Positions 1 through 8,509 of a DNA stretch of 24,000 nucleotides are shown here, piece by piece. The notes below the pieces were generated by a model. It was given only the letters and a program-made list of their open reading frames with translations. It did not search any database and was not told the DNA's origin. This DNA comes from Vallicoccus soli (GTDB lineage: Bacteria; Actinomycetota; Actinomycetes; Motilibacterales; Motilibacteraceae). Position numbers and translations under genes: made by a program. Position 1 is the first letter of the stretch, and the number at the start of each line of letters is the position of its first letter. The DNA lies in NCBI RefSeq assembly GCF_003594885.1, contig NZ_QZEZ01000004.1:167629-191628 (forward strand). The letters run 5' to 3'.

Positions 1-27
1 GCCCGCCGCAGCGGGCAGCGGGACCCC

Positions 28-1404
28 ATGAGCGCCCCGCCGCCCGCCCCGACGCCCACCCCGGCGCGCACCGCCGGCCCGCCGGCCGGCCCGAGCCGGG
101 AGCCGTACGCGCCCGGGGAGCTGCCGCCCGGCCCCCGTGCACCGGCGGCCGTGCAGACCGTCGCGTTCCACCGCGACCCGCTCGGCACGCTGCAGCGGGC
201 CCGTGACCGGTACGGCGACCTGGTCACCGTGCGCCTGCTCCTCGCGGGGACGCTCGTGGAGTGCTGCGACCCGCAGGACGCGCGGCGGGTCCTCGACGCC
301 GACCCCGGCACGGGGCAGGCCGGCCGCGCCCGCCAGGGCCTGCTCGGCATGGTGTCCGAGCGCTCCGTGCTCGGCGGGGACGGGGCCGCGCACCGCGAGG
401 CGCGGGCGCGCGTGGCCGCCGCGTTCGTCCCGGCCGCGCTCGAGGGGCTGGCCCCGCGGGTCGCCGCGCTCGCCGCGGAGCACGCCGCGTCCTGGCCGAC
501 GGGGCGCCCGACCCGCCTGCTGCCCCGGGTGCGGGCGCTCTGCGACGACGTCTTCGTCCGCCTCGTGCTCGGCGTCGAGGACCCGGGGCGGGCGCGGGCC
601 CTGGCCGGGGCGGTGCAGCGCATGCTGTGGACGCCCGGCAACCCGCCGACGCCGGTCCCCGGCCAGCAGGCCGGGCCCCTCGTGCAGGCCGCGGCCCGGG
701 CCGCCTTCGCGCAGCGCAGCGCGGCCGCCCGCAGGCTGCTCGCCGACGAGGTGCGCGCGCGGCGCGCCGCCGGTCGTGCGGGCGGCGGCGCCGTGGGGGC
801 CCTGCTCGCCGACGACGCGCTCGGGGTCGGGGACGCCGTCGACCAGCTCCTGCCGCTGACCATGGCCGGGCAGGAGCCGCCCGCCGCCGGCCTGGCCTGG
901 GTGCTCGAGCGGTCCTCGCGGCTGCCCGCGCTCGACGCGGGCCTGCGGGGGTCCGCGCCGGGGGGCGCGTGGTGGCGCGCGGCCGTGAGCGAGGTGCTGC
1001 GGGTGCGCCCGCCGGTGCACACCGCGGCCCGGGTGCTCGTGCGCGACCTCCCGCTGGCCTCGCGCACCCTGCCGGCCGGGGTGGTCGCCGCGGCGCCGAT
1101 CGTCCTGCTGCACCGCGACCCACGCGCGTGGGAGGCGCCGGAGGAGGTGCGTCCCGAGCGCTTCCTGCGCGACGGGCGGCACGTGGTCGACGAGGTGCCC
1201 GCGGCCGCGTACCTGCCCTTCGGCGGCGGCGCGCGCCGCTGCCTGGGGGAGCCCCTCACGTGGCTGCTCGCCGACGCCGCGCTGCCCGCGGTGCTCGCCC
1301 GGATCCGGGTGGCCCCGGCGCTGGCGCGGGCCGAGCGCCAGGTGGTGCGCGGCACGGTGCTCGTGCCGCACCGCGGCGCGCTCAGCGTCCTGCACCCGGC
1401 CTGA
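28..1404 (+). CDS. Cytochrome P450 monooxygenase
   Basis: 458-aa ORF. C-terminal heme-binding signature FGGGARRCLG (FxxGxRxCxG), ExxR motif in EVLRVRPP, and an I-helix-like MAGQEPPAAG. ATG at 28. Converges on the GGDEF gene with a 15-nt gap. Confidence 0.85.
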   Translation: MSAPPPAPTPTPARTAGPPAGPSREPYAPGELPPGPRAPAAVQTVAFHRDPLGTLQRARDRYGDLVTVRLLLAGTLVECCDPQDARRVLDADPGTGQAGRARQGLLGMVSERSVLGGDGAAHREARARVAAAFVPAALEGLAPRVAALAAEHAASWPTGRPTRLLPRVRALCDDVFVRLVLGVEDPGRARALAGAVQRMLWTPGNPPTPVPGQQAGPLVQAAARAAFAQRSAAARRLLADEVRARRAAGRAGGGAVGALLADDALGVGDAVDQLLPLTMAGQEPPAAGLAWVLERSSRLPALDAGLRGSAPGGAWWRAAVSEVLRVRPPVHTAARVLVRDLPLASRTLPAGVVAAAPIVLLHRDPRAWEAPEEVRPERFLRDGRHVVDEVPAAAYLPFGGGARRCLGEPLTWLLADAALPAVLARIRVAPALARAERQVVRGTVLVPHRGALSVLHPA

Positions 1405-1419
1405 GCCGGGGCGCCGCGG

Positions 1420-2901
1420 CTAGCCCGTGGCGCCCTCGGCGACGCGGCCGCGCTTGGCGCGGTACATCGCGGCGTCGGCCTCGGCCAGCAGGTCGGCGGC
1501 CGCCGCCTCGCCGGTGAGCCGGGCGACGCCGACGCTGAGGGTCACCCGCTCCGGCAGCCCCTCGAGCGGCTGGGCCACGGCCGAGCGCAGGCGCGCGACG
1601 ACGCGCGCGACGCCCTCGTCGTCGAGGTCCTCGGCCACGACGACGAACTCGTCGCCGCCGAGCCGGGCCACGGTGTCGTGGGCGCGCACCTCGCCGAGCA
1701 GCCGGCGCGCCACCTCGCGCAGCACCGCGTCGCCCGCCGCGTGCCCGTGCAGGTCGTTGACCTGCTTGAAGCCGTCGAGGTCGCAGAAGAGGACCGCGCC
1801 GGGGCGGGTCGTCGCCGCGGCCTGGCGCGCCGCGGCCTCGAGCCGGCGCAGCAGCAGCGGGCGGTTCGGCAGCCCGGTGAGCGCGTCGTGGTCGGCGCGG
1901 TGCCGCAGCCGGGCCTCGCGCTCGCGCTCGCTCGTCACGTCCTCGGCCGTGATGAGGCCGAAGCGGCGGCCGTCGCCGCCGGGGCTCAGGGCCGAGCAGC
2001 GGAAGCGGACCCACGCCGTGCGCCCGTCCGGGTGGACGACCCGCAGGTCCTCGCGCGCGGCCTCGCGCCGCCCGGAGCTGACCGCCTGCAGGGCGGCGAG
2101 CGCCCGCGCGTGGTCCTCGGGGTGCAGCACGCGCTCCGCGGTGCGCCCCGGCAGGTCCTGCGGCGGGGCGCCGAGGATGCGGGCGTACTCCGCGTTGACC
2201 CGCACCAGCACCCCGAGGGCCGGCGCGTCGAGCCGGACGATGGCCATCCCGTTGGAGGCGCCCTCGAAGGCGAGGCGGAAGGCCGACTCGCTCTCGGCGA
2301 GGCGCACCCGCTCCAGCGCCAGCTCGGAGCGCTCGGCGAGCAGCCGCTCGCGCAGCCGGGCCCCCTCCACCGCGAGCCCCGCCTGCACGGCGAACAGCTC
2401 GAGCAGCTCGCGCTGGGTCGCGCCGGGGCGGCGCCCGTCGTGCGGCAGGTCGACCGAGAGGATGCCGAGCAGCTCGCCGTCGGCGCCCTGCAGCGGGGCG
2501 AAGAGCGCGTCGAGGGGGTGCCACGCGTCGGGCTCGTCGCTCACCTCGAGGTCGGGCACCCAGCCGGTCGCGCCCTCGGGCAGCGCGTCGTGCGGCACGA
2601 ACCGCAGCAGCCCCCACTCCTCGGCCGCCGCGAACTCCTCCTCGAACGAGCCGGCGGTGCTCACGTGGCCCAGCAGCGTGTCGCGCACGTCGTCCGGGCC
2701 GGCGGCGGCGATGACGCGGAAGGAGCCGTCGGCCTGCCGGACGTTGGCCACCGCCACGCCGAACCCGAGCGCGTCGACCACCCCGTCGACCACCGCCTGC
2801 ATGGTCTCGTCCAGCCCGGCGGGGGAGCGCAGCGCGGCGCCGACGCGGTGGAGCCGGCGCAGGGCCGCCAGCCCGCGCCGCTCGGCCTGCCCGTCGGGCA
2901 T
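1420..2901 (-). CDS. GAF-PAS-GGDEF diguanylate cyclase (c-di-GMP synthase)
   Basis: 493-aa ORF. C-terminal domain has LTGLPNR, DLDGFKQVND and an intact RLGGDEF active site. An RxxD I-site (RAHD) lies 5 residues upstream of GGDEF. The N-terminal region is GAF-like and the middle is PAS-like. ATG at 2901 follows a strong SD (minus strand AGGAGGAGG). Confidence 0.92.
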   Translation of the reverse strand: MPDGQAERRGLAALRRLHRVGAALRSPAGLDETMQAVVDGVVDALGFGVAVANVRQADGSFRVIAAAGPDDVRDTLLGHVSTAGSFEEEFAAAEEWGLLRFVPHDALPEGATGWVPDLEVSDEPDAWHPLDALFAPLQGADGELLGILSVDLPHDGRRPGATQRELLELFAVQAGLAVEGARLRERLLAERSELALERVRLAESESAFRLAFEGASNGMAIVRLDAPALGVLVRVNAEYARILGAPPQDLPGRTAERVLHPEDHARALAALQAVSSGRREAAREDLRVVHPDGRTAWVRFRCSALSPGGDGRRFGLITAEDVTSEREREARLRHRADHDALTGLPNRPLLLRRLEAAARQAAATTRPGAVLFCDLDGFKQVNDLHGHAAGDAVLREVARRLLGEVRAHDTVARLGGDEFVVVAEDLDDEGVARVVARLRSAVAQPLEGLPERVTLSVGVARLTGEAAAADLLAEADAAMYRAKRGRVAEGATG

Positions 2902-2995
2902 CGGCTCCTCCTCCTGCCGCGCCGTCCCGTCCCGCCCGGCCGGGGCGCGGGTCCGCCGGGCGCGACCACGGTACGGCCCCGGGGCCGCCGCGCAC

Positions 2996-3080
2996 CCGTA
3001 CGAGCCGGCAGCGCGACCCGTCCGGACCCGTCACCGCGCCGTCCGGCCCACCCCTTGCGGGCCGCTGCCGACCCGTACGG
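2996..3080 (-). other. Long-range inverted repeat (16/18 bp) with nested hairpin and short direct repeats, between the APC permease stop and the GGDEF gene
   Basis: CCGTACGAGCCGGCAGCG (2996-3013) is the near-perfect reverse complement of CGCTGCCGACCCGTACGG (3063-3080). The interior holds CCGGAC...GTCCGG and repeated GACCCGTC units. Confidence 0.5.
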
Positions 3081-3099
3081 CTCCCGCGGCCCGGCCCCG

Positions 3100-4500
3100 T
3101 CAGGCGGCCCCGCGGCCCGCGGCCGCGCGGCCCCCGCCGAGCGCCCGCTGCAGCCCGTAGAGCGCGAGGCCGGCGAGCAGGAGCAGGCCGGCGCGCAGCC
3201 ACACCCCGCCCTCCTGCTGGAAGAGCAGCAGCACGCACGAGGCGACGCCCAGCACCGGCAGCGCAGTGGGGGTGCGGAAGTGGTCGTGGTCCACCGGCTG
3301 GCGGCGCAGGACGAGCACCGCGACGTTCGTGCTGATGAAGACGACGAGCAGGAGCAGGACGACCGTCGCGGCGAGCTCGGCGAGGTCGCCGGTCAGCGCC
3401 AGGGCCATGGAGACGGCGAGCGTGGCCGCGATGGCGACGCCGGGGGTGCGCCGGCCCGGCAGCACCCGGGCCAGCGGGCGGGGGAGCAGGCCCTCGACGG
3501 CCATCCCGTACGCCAGCCGGCTCGCCATGATCGACGTGAGCAGCGCCCCGTTGGCCACGGCGACGAGCGCGACGGCGCTGAACACCTCCGGCGGCAGGCC
3601 GGTGCCCGCGGCCTCGACGACCTGCAGCAGCGGGCCGGTCGACCCCGCCAGCTCGTCGGTGGGCACGGCCGCGGACGCCGCGAGCCCGACGAGGACGTAG
3701 AGCAGGCCGGCCGTCCCCAGGCCGAGGAAGAGCGCGCGGGGGAACGCGCGCCGCGGGTCCTGCGTCTCCTCCGCGACGTTGGCCGAGGTCTCGAACCCGA
3801 CGAAGGAGTAGAAGGCCAGCACCGCGCCGGCGAGGACCGCGCCGCCGGCGCTCGTGCCCTCGCGGAACTCCGTGACGCGCCCGACGTCGCCGTCGCCGCC
3901 CGCCACGACCATCGCGCCGAGCACCACCACGACGACCAGGCCGGTCACCTCGACGACCGTCATGACGGCGTTCGCGGCGAGGGAGTCCTTGATGCCGCGG
4001 GCGTTGAGCAGGCCGACGGCCAGCAGGAACACGAGCGCGACCGGCACCGGCGGCAGGTCGACGAAGGCGCCGAGGTAGTCGCCGCCGAAGGCCAGCGCGA
4101 GGCCGGCGACGCTCGTCACGCCGGCCGCCAGCATGCAGAAGCCGACGAGGAAGGAGACGAGCGGGCGGCCGTACGCGCGCTGGGCGAACACCGCCGCGCC
4201 GCCGGCGCGGGGGTACTTGGTGACCAGCTCGGCGTACGAGGCCGCGGTCAGCAGCGCGAGCAGCAGCGCGACGAGCAGCGGCACCCAGACCGCGCCGCCC
4301 GTCTCGGCCGCGACCTCGCCGGCGAGCGCGTACACGCCCGCGCCGAGCACGTCGCCGAGGATGAAGAGGTAGAGCAGCCGCCCCGAGATGGCGCGCCGCA
4401 GCGGCGTGCCGCCCTCGTCGGTGCCCCGCTGCCGCGCGCCCGCGCTCGTCGCTCCCACCGGCGCGGAGTGCCCGCTGGTGCACGACCGGAAACGGATCAC
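3100..4500 (-). CDS. APC-family amino acid permease
   Basis: This is the C-terminal ~466 aa of the 1320-aa track ORF. It is polytopic and hydrophobic (about 12 TM) with the APC-like segment SYAELVTKYPRAGGAAVFAQRAYG. A GTG at 4500-4498 overlaps the upstream MFS stop as GTGA. An alternative GTG lies at 4458. The rest of the 1320-aa ORF is a shadow frame. Confidence 0.85.
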   Translation of the reverse strand: MIRFRSCTSGHSAPVGATSAGARQRGTDEGGTPLRRAISGRLLYLFILGDVLGAGVYALAGEVAAETGGAVWVPLLVALLLALLTAASYAELVTKYPRAGGAAVFAQRAYGRPLVSFLVGFCMLAAGVTSVAGLALAFGGDYLGAFVDLPPVPVALVFLLAVGLLNARGIKDSLAANAVMTVVEVTGLVVVVVLGAMVVAGGDGDVGRVTEFREGTSAGGAVLAGAVLAFYSFVGFETSANVAEETQDPRRAFPRALFLGLGTAGLLYVLVGLAASAAVPTDELAGSTGPLLQVVEAAGTGLPPEVFSAVALVAVANGALLTSIMASRLAYGMAVEGLLPRPLARVLPGRRTPGVAIAATLAVSMALALTGDLAELAATVVLLLLVVFISTNVAVLVLRRQPVDHDHFRTPTALPVLGVASCVLLLFQQEGGVWLRAGLLLLAGLALYGLQRALGGGRAAAGRGAA

Positions 4501-6047
4501 GGCCGGGACGGGCGCTCCTCGCGCTCGAGCAGCGGCGGGCCGTCGACCGCGCAGTGCGAGCGCGGGGACGGCACCGGGGCCGACGGCACCGGGGCCGGCT
4601 GCTCCGCCGGCGCCGGGCCCGCGGGGGCCGGGAGCGGGGCGCCCGCCGCGCCCCCGCGCACGAAGGCCGCCGAGACCAGCGCGCCGAGGACCATGAGCCC
4701 GGCGCTGAGGACCATCGCGACGCGGAAGCCGGCGTCGAAGCGGGCCGGGTCGCCGTACGCGCCCTCGCCGAGCCCGGCCGCGAGCGGCACGACCGCGACG
4801 GCGAGCAGCTGCGCCGCCCGCGCCACCGCGTTGTTGACCCCCGAGGCGACGCCGGCGTGCTCGGCCGGCGCCGCGGCGAGGACCGCCGCCGTCAGCGGGG
4901 CGACGGTGAGCGTCAGGCCGAGGCCGAGCAGCAGCGCGGCGGGCAGCACGTCGCCCACCCAGCCGGCGCCCGGGCCCACCCTCAGCAGGAGCAGCAGCCC
5001 GCCGGCCGCCACCAGCGGGCCGGCGGTCATGGGCAGGCGCGGGCCGGTGCGCTGGGCGAGCGCGCCGGCGCGGGCCGACCCGACGAGCATCACGGCCGTC
5101 ACCGGCAGCAGCGCGGTGCCCGCGGCGAGCGGGGAGAAGCCGCTCACCACCTGCAGCTGCAGGACGAGGAGGAAGAAGACGGCGCCGAGGGCGGCGTACA
5201 CGGCCGCGGTGGCGGCGTTCGTCGCCGTGAACTGCCGGGAGGCGAAGAGGCCCGGCGGGACCATCGGCGAGCGGCCGCGCCGCTCGGCGACGACGAACGC
5301 CGCCAGGGCGAGGGCGCCCGCCGCCCCCGACGCCGCCACCGCCGGCGACCAGCCCTGCTCGCCGGCGGCGACGAGCGCGTACGTGACCCCGCCGAGGCCC
5401 AGCGCGCCGAGGACCGCGCCGGGGACGTCGAGGCGGCCGTCGGCCCCGGGGTCCCGCGTCTCGGGGACGTGCCGCAGCGCCACGGCGACGACCACGGCGA
5501 CGAGGGGGACGTTGACGAGGAACACCCCGCGCCAGCCCACGGTGCCCACGAGCCAGCCGCCGAGGAACGGCCCGGCGGCGCCGGCGACCCCGCCGAGGCC
5601 CGACCAGGCGCCGACCGCGCGGGCGCGGTCGTCGGGGTGGAAGGACGCCGCGATGATCGCCAGGCTCCCCGGCGTGAGCAGCGCCCCGCCGACGCCCTGC
5701 AGGGCGCGGGCCACGACGAGCGCCTCGACGGTCGGGGCGAGCGCGCACAGCACCGAGGCGACGCCGAACCACACGGCGCCCGCGACGAGCACCCGGCGCC
5801 GGCCCAGCCGGTCGCCCAGCGAGCCGCCGAGCAGGATGAGGCTCGCGAGGGTCAGCGTGTAGCCGTTCACCGTCCACTGCAGGCCGGCCAGCCCGGCGTC
5901 CAGGTCCTCCGCGAGGGCGGGCAGCGCGACGTTGACGACGGTGGCGTCGAGCATGGCCACGCCCGAGGCGAGCACCGTCGCGAGCAGCACCCAGCGCCCC
6001 GCCGGGGTCCCCAGCCGGAGCCCGGCGCGCTCCTCGACGCCCGCCAC
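4497..6047 (-). CDS. MFS transporter, DHA2 (EmrB/QacA-like, about 14 TM) family
   Basis: Has MFS motif A (GSLGDRLGRRRVL), many TM helices and a Pro/Ala-rich C-terminal tail. The track ORF extends to ATG 6173, which would overlap the divergent DedA gene. A GTG at 6047 sits about 17 aa before TM1 and is preferred. A GTG at 6131 is also possible. Confidence 0.85.
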   Translation of the reverse strand: MAGVEERAGLRLGTPAGRWVLLATVLASGVAMLDATVVNVALPALAEDLDAGLAGLQWTVNGYTLTLASLILLGGSLGDRLGRRRVLVAGAVWFGVASVLCALAPTVEALVVARALQGVGGALLTPGSLAIIAASFHPDDRARAVGAWSGLGGVAGAAGPFLGGWLVGTVGWRGVFLVNVPLVAVVVAVALRHVPETRDPGADGRLDVPGAVLGALGLGGVTYALVAAGEQGWSPAVAASGAAGALALAAFVVAERRGRSPMVPPGLFASRQFTATNAATAAVYAALGAVFFLLVLQLQVVSGFSPLAAGTALLPVTAVMLVGSARAGALAQRTGPRLPMTAGPLVAAGGLLLLLRVGPGAGWVGDVLPAALLLGLGLTLTVAPLTAAVLAAAPAEHAGVASGVNNAVARAAQLLAVAVVPLAAGLGEGAYGDPARFDAGFRVAMVLSAGLMVLGALVSAAFVRGGAAGAPLPAPAGPAPAEQPAPVPSAPVPSPRSHCAVDGPPLLEREERPSRP

Positions 6048-6098
6048 GGGCGCCAGCCTGCCGCCGCACGGCCCGCGGCGCCAGGGGGACGGCTCCGC

Positions 6099-6104
6099 TA
6101 GCCT
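6099..6104 (+). promoter_or_regulatory. Candidate -10 hexamer TAGCCT (TANNNT) placed for a leaderless DedA transcript
   Basis: A TANNNT hexamer ends 7 nt before GTG 6112, and no SD lies in between. T/A-containing hexamers are rare in this GC-rich DNA. Inference only. Confidence 0.3.
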
Positions 6105-6111
6105 CGGCCCG

Positions 6112-6762
6112 GTGGCGGAGGCGGAGGGCACGAGCGGTCTGACCGGTCTCAGCGGGTTCGTGCTGGACGTCATCGACGCCGCCGGCGAGGTGGGCGTGGG
6201 CCTGCTGACCCTGGTCGAGACGGTCTTCCCGCCGATCCCCAGCGAGGTGGTGCTGCCGCTCGCCGGCTACCTGGCCGAGCGCGGCCGGCTCGAGCTGTGG
6301 GCCGTCCTGGTGCTCTCCACGCTGGGGAGCCTGCTGGGCGCGCTGCTGCTGTACGGCCTCGCCGCGCGCCTCGGCCAGGAGCGCTCGACCGCGCTGCTCG
6401 CCCGGCTGCCGCTCGTCGACGCCGAGGACGTGGAGCAGGCCACGGCGTGGTTCCACCGGCACGGCAGCGCCGCGGTGCTCCTCGGGCGGCTGGTGCCGGG
6501 CGTGCGCTCGCTCGTGTCGCTGCCGGCCGGGGCGACGCGCATGCCGCTCGTGCCGTTCTGCCTGCTCACGCTGCTCGGCAGCGCGGTGTGGAACGGGCTG
6601 CTCGTCGGCGGCGGGGTCGCCCTGGGCACGCAGTGGCGCACCGTCGAGCGGTACTCGGGGTGGCTGGACGTCGCCCTCGTCGTCGCCGTCGTCGTGGCCC
6701 TGCTGGCCCTCGTCCGGCACCGCCTGCGCAAGCGGCGGCGAGGAGCCGCGCCGAGGGCTTGA
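6112..6762 (+). CDS. DedA/VTT (SNARE-associated) family membrane protein
   Basis: Signature LVETVFPPIPSEVVLPLAGY, followed by hydrophobic helices and a basic tail. Start is GTG 6112 (candidate leaderless) or GTG 6160. The track ORF portion 5932-6111 is antisense to the MFS gene and is not credited. Confidence 0.8.
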   Translation: MAEAEGTSGLTGLSGFVLDVIDAAGEVGVGLLTLVETVFPPIPSEVVLPLAGYLAERGRLELWAVLVLSTLGSLLGALLLYGLAARLGQERSTALLARLPLVDAEDVEQATAWFHRHGSAAVLLGRLVPGVRSLVSLPAGATRMPLVPFCLLTLLGSAVWNGLLVGGGVALGTQWRTVERYSGWLDVALVVAVVVALLALVRHRLRKRRRGAAPRA

Positions 6763-6819
6763 CCCACCCTTGACCGCACGGGGTGGAACCTGTGGTGATG
6801 TGCTGACCGGTCCTTGATC

Positions 6820-6847
6820 GACGGGGTCTGGCGGGTCGCGCCCCGTC
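6820..6847 (+). terminator. Weak candidate hairpin downstream of the DedA gene
   Basis: GACGGGG (6820-6826) pairs with CCCCGTC (6841-6847) around a 14-nt loop. There is no U-tract. Confidence 0.25.
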
Positions 6848-6852
6848 CTGCG

Positions 6853-6858
6853 TAGGTT
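6853..6858 (+). promoter_or_regulatory. Candidate -10 hexamer TAGGTT for the riboswitch-rpf transcript
   Basis: The TANNNT hexamer lies about 6-8 nt upstream of where the riboswitch P1 5' strand (GCGCU, 6865-6869) begins. Confidence 0.35.
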
Positions 6859-6859
6859 G

Positions 6860-7655
<796 letters not shown>

Positions 7656-7674
7656 CGGGGCCGGGCCCCACGCA

Positions 7675-7722
7675 CGAGGGCCCCCGCCACCGCCCCTGCC
7701 GGGGCGGTCGCGGGGGCCCTCG
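7675..7722. terminator. Large GC-rich hairpin between convergent rpf and ppa (candidate bidirectional terminator)
   Basis: CGAGGGCCCCCGC-C-ACCGCCCC-TGCC-GGGGCGGT-C-GCGGGGGCCCTCG. This gives 13 + 8 bp of perfect pairing, interrupted by one C/C mismatch, with a 4-nt loop. There is no U-tract. Confidence 0.5.
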
Positions 7723-7740
7723 CGCGTCCGGCCCGCGCCC

Positions 7741-7814
7741 GGCCGGGGATGTGCACGGTCGCGGCCGGGGACCTGCACGGTCGCGGCCGGGGACCTGCGT
7801 GGTCGCGGCCGCGG
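7741..7814. repeat. 22-bp tandem repeat, about 3.4 copies
   Basis: GGCCGGGGATGTGCACGGTCGC / GGCCGGGGACCTGCACGGTCGC / GGCCGGGGACCTGCGTGGTCGC / GGCCGCGG... The array abuts the ppa stop codon (7815-7817). Confidence 0.9.
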
Positions 7815-8315
7815 TCAGTGCGGGGTGGAGCCGCCCTGCTCCTTCAGGCGGGCGACGGAGCGGTCGATCTCCGCCTCGGCCTCCTCGCGGCCCACCCAGG
7901 TCGCGCCCTCGACGGACTTGCCGGGCTCGAGGTCCTTGTAGACCTCGAAGAAGTGCTGGATCTCCAGGCGGTCGAACTCGGGGACGTCCCCGATGTCGCG
8001 CAGGTGCTCGCGCCGCGGGTCCGCGGAGGGCACGCACAGCACCTTGTCGTCGCCGCCGGCCTCGTCCGTCATGCGGAACATCCCGATGGCCCGGCAGCGG
8101 ATGAGGCAGCCGGGGAACGTGGGCTCCTCGAGGATGACGAGCGCGTCGAGCGGGTCGCCGTCGTCGCCGAGCGTGTCCTCGATGAAGCCGTAGTCGTGCG
8201 GGTAGCGCGTCGAGGTGAAGAGCATGCGGTCGAGCCGGATGCGGCCCGTCTCGTGGTCGACCTCGTACTTGTTGCGCTGCCCCTTCGGGATCTCGATGAG
8301 GACGTCGAACTCCAC
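7815..8315 (-). CDS. ppa: Inorganic pyrophosphatase (family I)
   Basis: 166 aa: [53 protein letters not shown] start at 8315 follows the SD GGGAGGAG. Confidence 0.97.
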   Translation of the reverse strand: MEFDVLIEIPKGQRNKYEVDHETGRIRLDRMLFTSTRYPHDYGFIEDTLGDDGDPLDALVILEEPTFPGCLIRCRAIGMFRMTDEAGGDDKVLCVPSADPRREHLRDIGDVPEFDRLEIQHFFEVYKDLEPGKSVEGATWVGREEAEAEIDRSVARLKEQGGSTPH

Positions 8316-8509
8316 GGTGCTCCTCCCGCCCGGGCCGCCCCCGCGGGCGCCGCCGGGCTAGTCTCGTCCAGGCTCGCGGTGCCCGGGGTGCGCTGCTGCC
8401 CAGGCACGGTACCCGTCCGCGCCGGGCCGCAGGACCCGGGCGCGGGACGGGCGCGGTACGGGCGCTCCCCGGCAGGACGGGCGGGGAGCCGGACGCGGGA
8501 CGGGGGCCG

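Noticed and set aside
1382-5862. Very long ORFs 1382-4483(-) of 1033 aa and 1678-5862(+) of 1394 aa
   Set aside because: Their translations are almost pure Arg/Gly/Ala/Pro/Asp/His low-complexity sequence. They run antisense to, or out of frame with, genes that carry clear motifs (GGDEF, APC, MFS). These are typical shadow ORFs of about 75% GC DNA, where stop codons are rare.
7741-7814. Possibility that the 22-bp, 11-bp (10038-10076) or 9-bp (23485-23545) tandem repeats are CRISPR arrays
   Set aside because: The repeats are directly adjacent with no unique spacers, the units are too short, and there are no cas genes. They are simple tandem repeats.
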